A DNA stretch of 64,000 nucleotides from Bacteroidota bacterium. GTDB taxonomy: Bacteria > Bacteroidota > Bacteroidia > Bacteroidales > BM520. The notes beneath the pieces were generated by a model, which saw only the letters and a program-made list of their open reading frames with translations, was not told the origin of the DNA and did not search any database. Position numbers and translations under genes: made by a program. Positions 30,333 to 39,036 of the stretch are shown one piece after another (positions within the stretch are counted from its first letter, which is position 1; every line of letters begins with the position of its first letter). The DNA is taken from assembly GCA_002748065.1 (NCBI GenBank), contig PDRJ01000041.1:17448-81447 (forward strand). The letters run 5' to 3'.

Positions 30333-30483
30333 GTGTCTGTCCATAAAGTCAGCGTTTTGAGAAGAGGCTGTATAGAACGTTCGAATTCGAGGCTTGCGAA
30401 GGCTGAGAAATGTGAGTTTACTGGGGTAAATGACCATTTGGAAGAGAAGCATCACAAAGAAGTCGGACTTTATAGACGGGCTC
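30333..30483 (-). mobile_element. MITE copy B (short form, reversed)
   Basis: GTGTCTGTCCATAAAGTC...GACTTTATAGACGGGCTC TIRs; interior homologous to the other copies. Confidence 0.8.
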
Positions 30484-30667
30484 TAGATAGGCCTATTCTA
30501 CCATCCCCCCTAAAAAAAAGCAGGAAAATCCCCCCTTGAAAAAGATGGAAATTCACCCCCTTCGAAAATCTTCCATAAAGGATATTTTCTATATTTGCAC
30601 AACAGATAAAGTCTGACAAAAACACTTTTCGCGATTTCATATTACTAACAATAAAAGTCATCTCACT

Positions 30668-32359
30668 ATGAGAAAAAATTACATCAAGTTTTTACCTATT
30701 TTTATTCTTACCGTAGGAATGATGTTCGGTTGTGTCTCCACCAAGATGCCCAAATCCTACACCTTAGACCCTTCCACCTTGGAAAACAATGGAGGGAAAA
30801 TAGCGGTTAACATAGCGGGTTCTATCCCCAAACGCTCTTTCAACAAAAAGGATATTGTGGAGTTCACCCCCGTATTGACATACAATGGCAAAGAGAAAGA
30901 ACTCTCGTCCATGATCCTCAAGGGAGAAAAGGCAAAAGGCACCGGGACAATCATTCCTAAAAAGGGAGGCGATTTCTCTTATAGTGATGAGATAACATAT
31001 GAGCCGGGCATGGAAGAGGGGATACTTACCGTCACCCCCAAGATCATCAAACGAAGAAAAACAATCCCGGGAGAAGAGGTAACCCTTGCAAAAGGAGTTG
31101 TGATGACCTCGCAATTCGTGATGCACAACGAAAAGGTTTGGTTTGCCTCTCGCGAAAATGCCGAAAAATTGGGCATGGACACCGACGGCTACTATGAGTT
31201 AATCACCCAGGAGAGCGGCAAGGCAACGTTCTATTTTCTGGTGAACCGCGCTAACATAGACTACAACCTGAAACTCAACAAAACGTTAAACGTAGAAGCC
31301 GACCTGAAAAAACTGAAAGACTTTATCAACAGAGGGTGGGATGTGAAGGACATTGAGATCAATGCTTACGCTTCCCCTGAAGGAGAAGAGTCGTTCAACG
31401 AAGGGCTCTCGGAAAAACGCGCCCAGGCGGGAATGAAGATCCTCAACAAGATCTACCTTGAACTTCTCAGGGATCCTGGATTCATCTCCGCTGTCGAGCA
31501 GTCCAACCTCAAGGATAAAAATGCCATCCTCAATGTGGTAAAATCGCAAACAACGCCCCTAAAGAAAGAGCAAGAGATCCGAAATATGACCCTCATCTAC
31601 AGCGAGCTTACGGAGGAAATTCTCCCTCCATTGCGTCGTGTGGAGATCAGCGTAAACTGCTACGAGCCCAAGAAAGACGATAAGCGCATCGCTTCACTCG
31701 CTATTCTCTCGCCCCAGGACCTCTCCCTTAAAGAGCTGTTATATGCCGCGGAAAAAAGAAACGATCTCAGCGAGAAACTGGAGATCTACAAATCTGCAGC
31801 GACCCTGTTCCCCAACGACTGGAGGACACATAACAACGTAGCAGCAACCTACCTGAGCATGTACAATGCCAAGGAGGCGGAGCCCTACCTTGAAAAGGCC
31901 AACGAGTTGAGCCCCAACAACCCCATCATCACCAATAACATGGGGGTCGCAGCCAGCAAAAAGAGAGCCTATGACAACGCCCTATCACTTTTCAAAAAGG
32001 CAGAAGACTTGGGAGTTGATGCCGCCTACAACATCGCCATCATTGACATTGTCAAGGGAAAATATCAGGCGGCAAAGAGCGTCATTAATGCCAAAGATTG
32101 TACCTATAACAAGGCACTCATACAGCTTATTGAGAAAAAATACGAGGAGGCTTCCCGCACCCTCAAATGCAGTGAGGAGTCTTGCATGAAAAACTATCTT
32201 TTGGCCGTAATTGCAGCAAGAACCGACAACAAATCAGCCATGGGAGACTACCTCTCCAAGGCGGTAACGATGAACCCTAAACTTGCAAAGAGGGCTGCCT
32301 CTGATATGGAGTTCGCCAATTATTTTGACGATCCCATCTTTATTAAGGCTCTCAAATAG
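30668..32359 (+). CDS. TPR-containing lipoprotein with OmpA-like central domain
   Basis: Lipobox MFGC; AYASPEG...NEGLSEKRA OmpA-like motif; C-terminal TPRs. Confidence 0.75.
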   Translation: MRKNYIKFLPIFILTVGMMFGCVSTKMPKSYTLDPSTLENNGGKIAVNIAGSIPKRSFNKKDIVEFTPVLTYNGKEKELSSMILKGEKAKGTGTIIPKKGGDFSYSDEITYEPGMEEGILTVTPKIIKRRKTIPGEEVTLAKGVVMTSQFVMHNEKVWFASRENAEKLGMDTDGYYELITQESGKATFYFLVNRANIDYNLKLNKTLNVEADLKKLKDFINRGWDVKDIEINAYASPEGEESFNEGLSEKRAQAGMKILNKIYLELLRDPGFISAVEQSNLKDKNAILNVVKSQTTPLKKEQEIRNMTLIYSELTEEILPPLRRVEISVNCYEPKKDDKRIASLAILSPQDLSLKELLYAAEKRNDLSEKLEIYKSAATLFPNDWRTHNNVAATYLSMYNAKEAEPYLEKANELSPNNPIITNNMGVAASKKRAYDNALSLFKKAEDLGVDAAYNIAIIDIVKGKYQAAKSVINAKDCTYNKALIQLIEKKYEEASRTLKCSEESCMKNYLLAVIAARTDNKSAMGDYLSKAVTMNPKLAKRAASDMEFANYFDDPIFIKALK

Positions 32360-32868
32360 CGCGCTCTATCTACATTCCCGAGTCGCTCCACCTTCATACG
32401 GTCTTCACAAAGCCCCAGCAGTTGGGTAATGGTTTTGTGTAGTTTTGGATGCACAAAGTCGGGCATCAACTCCTGTAGAGGCACCAACACAAAGCGGCGT
32501 GCGGGGATACCTTTATGCGGAATCACAAGATCCTCCTCCTCGTAGATCACATTGTTGTAGAAGAGGATGTCAATATCCAGGGTACGGGAGTGATAGTGGG
32601 CTGTCGCCTTATCTGTCCTCCCTAAATCCCTCTCTATACGTTGGGTTCGTGCCAGAACCTCACGCGCTCCCTTGGCCGTAAGCAATACCACCACACAGTT
32701 CCAAAATGGAGGCACATCAGACTTAAACCCCCAGGGCTCCGTTTCATACACCCCGGATAGCGCCTCTATGGTACCCACTTGCGAAACCAACTGCGCCAAA
32801 CACTGCTCCAGAATCAGACTGCGCTCCCCCAAGTTACCCCCCAATAATAGAACGACCCTATTTTCCAT
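32320..32868 (-). CDS. folK: 2-amino-4-hydroxy-6-hydroxymethyldihydropteridine diphosphokinase
   Basis: LLLGGNLG, YETEPWG, SRTLDIDIL, IPH and RRFVLVPL motifs. Confidence 0.93.
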   Translation of the reverse strand: MENRVVLLLGGNLGERSLILEQCLAQLVSQVGTIEALSGVYETEPWGFKSDVPPFWNCVVVLLTAKGAREVLARTQRIERDLGRTDKATAHYHSRTLDIDILFYNNVIYEEEDLVIPHKGIPARRFVLVPLQELMPDFVHPKLHKTITQLLGLCEDRMKVERLGNVDRARYLRALIKMGSSK

Positions 32869-33132
32869 ACCCAAAGTTACATTTTTTCCCCAATCTACTT
32901 TGAGGTACGCAGCCTTGGGGTACTTTTTATCGAAAATTGCACACAACAGCACGCGGGATAGTTGCAAAATCAGAAAAAATATAGTATATTTCGCAAACTC
33001 CTTGTGAGGCGTGTTTTGTTCTATCGCATAATGGTGATTCGAAAATGGCCGTTAACGGGTTCTGCGGTCTTTTCGCGTCCAAAAGAAAAAGCAATCATGG
33101 TCAGGATCCGCAATAACCAAATCTTGCATGCT

Positions 33133-34059
33133 ATGAAAAAGATTACTCTATGGTGCCTTTTTGGGGGGCTCTTCCTTATATTTCCAAATACCCTGAAAGG
33201 TCAGGATTACTTCCCTTTTCCTTCTGATAGTGCCACTTGGTATTCCATGCGTTCGCAGTATGAAATGATTCCTCCATACATATCCTACTATACAATAAAA
33301 TACGAGATAATTGGCGATACCATCCTGAATAATAAGACATACCATAAAGTTTACCAAAGTAGTCCAGATAGTACCAATTCACATTTATCATATACGGGCG
33401 CCTTACGGACAGAGCCTGATAGTTTACTGGTTTACTATATCAATAGGGGGGATAGTGGAGAAAGGTTACTGTATAATTATAACCTACTCCCAAATGACAC
33501 CCTTATAATGAGGGGTTTCCAACACATATGTATAGATACCGGGTCTATCATACTAAATAATAACATCAAACACAAGATACAATACATGTATATACCTGAA
33601 AATGATTGTCTACAAACATGGGTTATGGGAATAGGAAGTTTAGGAATTCCTTTATTAGAACCTTATTGGGCCTACTGTGCTTATGCATCTGAAATAGCCT
33701 ATGACTTGACATGTTTTAGCTACAAGAATGAACTCATCTATGAATGGGATATGAACCCGTATTTTACCGGATGTATTGGGGATAATACTGGTGGAATTGA
33801 GGAGCATTCCATTGAAAGTTTGCAGGTAGTACCAAACCCCGTACAGGGAATATCGAGGTTATCGGGTTATGGCAAAGGTACAGAAAAAGTCAACTATCAG
33901 GTGCTGGATATTACCGGCCGCACTCTTTATGAGCGCCACAATGTTTCATACATGGATATTGAAATTAAGGGGTCGGATTACAGGTCGGGGATCTATTTCC
34001 TACAGCTTTATAACGCTACCATGGAAAAACCACACATCTTAACGTTTCAAATCAGATAG
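33133..34059 (+). CDS. T9SS type-A sorting-domain protein
   Basis: Signal peptide; ERLLYNYNL...DT and WVMGIGS motifs; CTD VVPNPV...DITGR...SGIYFLQL. Confidence 0.78.
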   Translation: MKKITLWCLFGGLFLIFPNTLKGQDYFPFPSDSATWYSMRSQYEMIPPYISYYTIKYEIIGDTILNNKTYHKVYQSSPDSTNSHLSYTGALRTEPDSLLVYYINRGDSGERLLYNYNLLPNDTLIMRGFQHICIDTGSIILNNNIKHKIQYMYIPENDCLQTWVMGIGSLGIPLLEPYWAYCAYASEIAYDLTCFSYKNELIYEWDMNPYFTGCIGDNTGGIEEHSIESLQVVPNPVQGISRLSGYGKGTEKVNYQVLDITGRTLYERHNVSYMDIEIKGSDYRSGIYFLQLYNATMEKPHILTFQIR

Positions 34060-34074
34060 AGGAAGAGGGTAATA

Positions 34075-35688
34075 ATGAAAAAACAAACCCTGTGGATGGC
34101 TCTTTTTCTGTTGTTGCACGCGGTGGGTTATGCCCAGTTTCGGATTGATTGGCAACAGAGTTACGGCACGATGGCCTCGGATATAGCCTACGACATTGTG
34201 CAAGTTGATGACGGCTATTTCGTAACCGGTTTCGCCGGCGCAGGAGGAGGGCAGGTAACCTGCTCCAAAGAGGGCGCCGGTTGGCTCCTCCGGTTTGACA
34301 GTTCCGGAAACTTGTTATGGCAAAGATGTTACCCCCGACGATCAGCAATTCGCATGGTTAAAGCCATTGGATCCCCCTATTTCTACATGATAGGCGGATG
34401 TACCCTCGACCCCTATCCCGATACCTACAACCTGTGGATAGCAAAAATCGACAGCCTGGGAAGCATCCTGTGGGAGAGGGTACTGGGAAACACCATTGGC
34501 ATATTAGGTGGCGACCAATATGGCGAAGCCACTCCCGACGGTGGGGTGATCGCCTCAGCACAAATCGACTCCCAGGGAGGAGATATCACCCATTGGCATG
34601 GGTGGTATGATGGCTGGGTGATCAAACTGGACAGCCTGGGAAATACGGAGTGGGATCAATCCATTGGTTCATCCTTTATTGAGTTTATCAATGTGATTAT
34701 ACCAACCAGTGACGGGGGATATCTTGCCGGTTTGTACGGGGAGCCCAATGGCATTGACGGAAATGTGGAGTGTGTTGTTTTCTCCAATGATGCCGATGCC
34801 ATTGTTTATAAAATGGATAGTACCGGAAACCGCCAATGGGATCAGTGTTACGGAGGAAGTGCCCTGGAAGGGGTCGTTAACCTATTGGAAGTAGAAGATG
34901 GCTACCTGGTGGCCGGTATCGGAAGCTCTACCGATGGCGACCTTCTGGGAGCCGGATGGCATCCGGGATGGGAGGGTAATCACTATCCAGACCCAACAAT
35001 CGATATATGGCTCGTAAAAATCGATTTCCATGGAAATATTATCTGGCAAAAATGCTATGGCGGTACTCAAAACGAATCCTCAAGAAAAATTTTTCAATCG
35101 GAAGATGGTGGATTTGTGATTTTTGGGGAGACGCATTCCTTTGATTGCGATGTAGAGGGCAATCCTTCATGCTGTAAAGAAAAACCCTCCATCTGGATTT
35201 TTAAGGTTGACCCTATGGGAAATTTTCTCTGGCAACAGTGTATTGGGGGATCGGGCTCTGAGAGTCTGTATAATGGCGTGGTGAGACATAGCGATTACCG
35301 ATATGTAGTGGCCGGTGAAATGAATTACAGCCCCTCAGGAGATGTGAATTGTTCAAATTTTGTCCCCCTCTCCGGACCAAATTTCTGGGTATTTAGTATT
35401 TCGGATACCACCGAAAATATCGCTGAACACAACCCGTGGATGGACAAGGTTAACATTTACCCCAACCCGACAAGCGCCGTGTTGCACATTGATTTCCCTG
35501 CCAACACGCCCATACCGCATGCACTTCTTGAAATCCTCGATATCAATGGGAGGGTCGTATTGAAACAAGAAAAGCTCTCCCACACCAACAACCTTGCTAT
35601 TGAACAGCTTCCCCCCGGCCTCTTTTTAGTACGAATCAGGGACGACGCACGGTTAATGACGAAGCGAATCATTCGTAAAAACTTGTAA
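34075..35688 (+). CDS. T9SS type-A sorting-domain protein with beta-propeller-like repeats
   Basis: Repeated W-x-x-K-x-D-x-x-G-x-x-x-W-x-x-x-x-G-G units; CTD IYPNPT...DINGR...PGLFLVRI. Confidence 0.82.
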   Translation: MKKQTLWMALFLLLHAVGYAQFRIDWQQSYGTMASDIAYDIVQVDDGYFVTGFAGAGGGQVTCSKEGAGWLLRFDSSGNLLWQRCYPRRSAIRMVKAIGSPYFYMIGGCTLDPYPDTYNLWIAKIDSLGSILWERVLGNTIGILGGDQYGEATPDGGVIASAQIDSQGGDITHWHGWYDGWVIKLDSLGNTEWDQSIGSSFIEFINVIIPTSDGGYLAGLYGEPNGIDGNVECVVFSNDADAIVYKMDSTGNRQWDQCYGGSALEGVVNLLEVEDGYLVAGIGSSTDGDLLGAGWHPGWEGNHYPDPTIDIWLVKIDFHGNIIWQKCYGGTQNESSRKIFQSEDGGFVIFGETHSFDCDVEGNPSCCKEKPSIWIFKVDPMGNFLWQQCIGGSGSESLYNGVVRHSDYRYVVAGEMNYSPSGDVNCSNFVPLSGPNFWVFSISDTTENIAEHNPWMDKVNIYPNPTSAVLHIDFPANTPIPHALLEILDINGRVVLKQEKLSHTNNLAIEQLPPGLFLVRIRDDARLMTKRIIRKNL

Positions 35689-35858
35689 AAAAGATAAGAT
35701 TGGAGGGATTTTCTCATAAATGTAACCTCCCTGCATATCAAGCGTCATACGGAGTATAGGGGGTACCGGAGGATCTCTCGATGTCGCGCCACAAAGGGAA
35801 GATCGAGCCCCTAAGATGCTATTGATTATTTTCCCTAACTTTGTCAAAAAATAATGCC

Positions 35859-37628
35859 ATGAAAGACTTTTTCAAGTACACCCTTGCCACCATCACCGGA
35901 ATTGTTATCACATTCCTTATGCTCTCCTTGATCTCAACCCTCCTCTTTGCCTCCATGCTTGCCTTGGCCGATAAGCAGGAGGTGGTTGTGAAACAGGGAA
36001 GCGTCCTACAGATGAACCTTAACTACCCCATTAAGGACAGGACTCCCCAAAATATGCCCAACTTCTTCTTTTCCGATATGGTTACCCCCATTGGCCTCCA
36101 CGATATTTTGGAGACCCTTGACAAGGCGGAAAAGGATGACCGGATTGAAGGAATTTTCCTCAATGTGAGCAATCTTGCCGCAGGGTCGGCTACCATTACC
36201 GAAATACGCGATGCCCTTGAGGACTTCAAGAAAAGTGGAAAGTTTATCTACGCATACAGCGAGGTTTATACCCAAAAAGCCTACTACCTGGCCTCTGTAG
36301 CCGACAAGGTCTTTCTCAACCCTGTGGGATTCATCGATTTTAAAGGATTGAATGCTCAGGTGATGTTCTACAAAAATTTCCTCGATAAAGCCGATATAGA
36401 GGTCCAGATACTCCGTCCCGAGGGGAATAAATACAAAAGTGCCGTTGAGCCCTTTTTTATGGACAAGATGTCAGAAGCCAACAAAGAGCAGACCTCCAAA
36501 TACCTTGATGCCATATGGAACACGTATTTGGCAAAAATCACCAAATCACGAAAGATATCCATGGCTCAACTCAACGAGTTTGCAGACAACTTAGTGGGGA
36601 TGGATGCAAAAAGAGCCTTGGGAGCCAACCTGGTGGATGAGTTAGCCTACTTAGATCAGGTGTATGAGGCCATTAACGAGGCAACAGGAAACCCCAAAGA
36701 GGGAAAGATCACCGCCATCACACTGGCCAAATATAAAACAGCCAAGTTGGAAAACGAAAAAAAGCATACCTCAAAAGATCGCATTGCCGTCATTTACGCT
36801 TCCGGGCAGATTGTAGACGGCAAAGCCAGCGATCAAGTGGTGGGTTCCATCCGATTTGCCAAAGCCATTCGGAAAGCACGACTGGATAAAAAGGTAAAGG
36901 CCGTAGTGCTACGGGTCAACTCTCCCGGAGGAAGTGTAATCGCCTCCGACGTCATTCTCAGAGAGATGAGACTCCTTAAAGGCGTGAAGCCGGTGATTGC
37001 TTCCTACGGTGATGTGGCCGCATCCGGAGGATACTACATCAGTTGTTTTGCCGATAAAATCGTGGCTATGCCCAACACCATCACCGGATCCATTGGTGTT
37101 TTTGGAATGATTCCCAACTTCGAAGGCCTGCTAAACAAAAAGATCGGTATCACCACCGACCATGTGAGCACCAACAAAAATGCGGGATTTCCCAATCCTT
37201 TCAAACCGCTTAACACTTTTGAAGCAGCCGAAATGAAGCGGCACGTTACAGATACCTATTTCAATTTTACCCGCTTGGTTGCCGAAGGAAGAGGCATGCA
37301 ACGGGAGGAGGTAGACCATATCGGACAAGGCCGCGTATGGGCCGGATCCGATGCCATACAGATCGGTCTTATTGATGAATTTGGCGGACTGGAAAAAGCC
37401 ATTGAGATAGCCGCAGAAGCAGCAGCCCTTGAGGAGTACCGAATCAAAAAACTTCCCAAGAACAAAAGCCCAATGGAACAACTTCTGGATATGGTCAGTG
37501 GCGAGCAGAGTTTCAGCAAGCTGGAGAAGACCATGGGACCCTACTTCCGCTATATCGAAACCCTAAATAATGTCCAAAAGATGCAGGGGATTCAGGCGCG
37601 TTTGCCCTATGATATCTACATCGACTAA
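35859..37628 (+). CDS. sppA: Signal peptide peptidase SppA (67K type)
   Basis: KYKSAVEPF, LRVNSPGGS, AASGGYYIS, TGSIGVFG and GRVWAG motifs. Confidence 0.95.
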   Translation: MKDFFKYTLATITGIVITFLMLSLISTLLFASMLALADKQEVVVKQGSVLQMNLNYPIKDRTPQNMPNFFFSDMVTPIGLHDILETLDKAEKDDRIEGIFLNVSNLAAGSATITEIRDALEDFKKSGKFIYAYSEVYTQKAYYLASVADKVFLNPVGFIDFKGLNAQVMFYKNFLDKADIEVQILRPEGNKYKSAVEPFFMDKMSEANKEQTSKYLDAIWNTYLAKITKSRKISMAQLNEFADNLVGMDAKRALGANLVDELAYLDQVYEAINEATGNPKEGKITAITLAKYKTAKLENEKKHTSKDRIAVIYASGQIVDGKASDQVVGSIRFAKAIRKARLDKKVKAVVLRVNSPGGSVIASDVILREMRLLKGVKPVIASYGDVAASGGYYISCFADKIVAMPNTITGSIGVFGMIPNFEGLLNKKIGITTDHVSTNKNAGFPNPFKPLNTFEAAEMKRHVTDTYFNFTRLVAEGRGMQREEVDHIGQGRVWAGSDAIQIGLIDEFGGLEKAIEIAAEAAALEEYRIKKLPKNKSPMEQLLDMVSGEQSFSKLEKTMGPYFRYIETLNNVQKMQGIQARLPYDIYID

Positions 37629-37631
37629 ATA

Positions 37632-37851
37632 GAGTCCGTCTATAAAGTCCGACTTCTTCGTTACGCTTGTCTTCAAAAATAGTGCAAACCGAAAGCAAAA
37701 GTAAGCTTGCTTATATTTTGCTGAGGTGAAGCCTATTTTATGTAAAATGGTCATTTACCCCAGTAAACTCACATTTTTCAGCCTTCGCAAGCCTCGAATT
37801 CGAACGTTCTAGACGACCTCTTCTCAAAACGCTGACTTTATGGACAGAGAC
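37632..37851 (+). mobile_element. MITE copy C (long form)
   Basis: 18-bp TIRs; TAAATA on both flanks. Confidence 0.85.
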
Positions 37852-37857
37852 TAAATA

Positions 37858-38076
37858 GAGTCTGTCTATAAAGTCCGACTTCTTCGTTACGCTTGTCTTC
37901 AAAAATAGGCTGCACCTCAACAAAAGTACGCTTGCTTATATCTTGCTGAGGTGCAGCCTATTTTATGTAAAATGGTTATTTACCTTAGTAAACTCCCCTA
38001 TTTCAGCCTTCGCAAGCCTCGAATTCGAACGTTCTAGACAGCCTCTTCTCAAAACGCTGACTTTATGGACAGACGC
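37858..38076 (+). mobile_element. MITE copy D (long form, tandem with C)
   Basis: GAGTCTGTCTATAAAGTC...GACTTTATGGACAGACGC; flanks TAAATA and TAAACA. Confidence 0.85.
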
Positions 38077-38103
38077 TAAACAGCGTTCGAGGGGGCACAA
38101 TCT

Positions 38104-38916
38104 TTAGTGAAAACCCTTTAGCGCAGCGCGTCTCAACTGCGCTTTCTCTTGTGGCGATTTGGCATAATCATAGTCATAGATCGCCCCTTCCCAGTCGCCA
38201 TAGGTAGGATTGGGAAGGACAAAGAAGCGTGACCCGAAGTCGGCGGCATATTTATCCACGATTTCAAAACGCTCGCTAATGCTCTTATGCTCAAAAAGCG
38301 TCGTAAAATCTGCCAGGTTATCCCCAAAGAACATAAGGATCTCATACTTTTGTGCCACCACTTTTCGTCGGGGCTCTTTTCCCGAGGTGGTCGTCCTAAG
38401 CAAGAGGGTCTCCTCTTTCACATTGGGAAATCCCATCTCACGAAGGTTGGCCATGGTGGCCTCCCTGGTGGCCTCCTTACGGTTACTAATATAAAAGAGA
38501 GCCACCCCCTTTTGATGCGCATAATTCAAAAACTCCAGGGCTCCCGGGATCGGCCTTGCCTCCCGTTTATCCACCCACTCCTTCCATCCTACGGGATAGG
38601 AGGTTCCATCCAAAATCGATTGAGCGGCATGGGGACTATTATCCAACACGGTCTCGTCAATATCTACCACAATGGCATACTGCCTGGAGAGGTTCATACC
38701 CATTCTTCTCAGGTAATCATCCAACCGTAATCGCCCAAAATTAAAGGTTTGATAGCACAGTGCCCGGTACTCTGCCGAGGTCTGCATAAAGAGTACTGCT
38801 TGTGTCGCTTCCGACTTCTCCAACGTGTGGGTTCCTCCCTCTTCCGACTTGTAATGGTGTACGCTACAAGCGAAAAAGAGGGGCAATGCAAGCGCATAAA
38901 AAAGGATTCTTCTCAT
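38104..38916 (-). CDS. 5'-nucleotidase / acid phosphatase, lipoprotein e(P4) family
   Basis: Lipobox FFAC; DIDETVLDNS, ISNR, GDNLADF and LPNPTYGDW motifs. Confidence 0.92.
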   Translation of the reverse strand: MRRILFYALALPLFFACSVHHYKSEEGGTHTLEKSEATQAVLFMQTSAEYRALCYQTFNFGRLRLDDYLRRMGMNLSRQYAIVVDIDETVLDNSPHAAQSILDGTSYPVGWKEWVDKREARPIPGALEFLNYAHQKGVALFYISNRKEATREATMANLREMGFPNVKEETLLLRTTTSGKEPRRKVVAQKYEILMFFGDNLADFTTLFEHKSISERFEIVDKYAADFGSRFFVLPNPTYGDWEGAIYDYDYAKSPQEKAQLRRAALKGFH

Positions 38917-38969
38917 AGGTTTATCTTTTGTAGCCTTTGGCCGGGTTTAATCGCAAAGGTAGCATTTCT

Positions 38970-39005
38970 AAAAAAAAATGCCACCCCCAATACGAGGGCA
39001 GCATT
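38970..39005 (-). terminator. Terminator after nifJ
   Basis: Minus-strand AATGCTGCCCTC...GGGGTGGCATT followed by a T-run. Confidence 0.7.
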
Positions 39006-39036
39006 AATATTGAATCAACACACAAGGTGGTTTTTG

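Noticed and set aside
30243-30539. Small ORFs with recurring LRKPRIRTFY-like peptides (also 37513-37923, 47735-47935 and the end of 1498-1935)
   Set aside because: They are translations of the MITE, not a protein family.
32320-32359. 40-nt convergent overlap of folK and the TPR lipoprotein gene (similarly mutS2 and yjbR)
   Set aside because: Short 3' overlaps of convergent genes are common.
37632-38076. CRISPR array
   Set aside because: Two ~220-bp TIR-bounded units with no repeat-spacer pattern.
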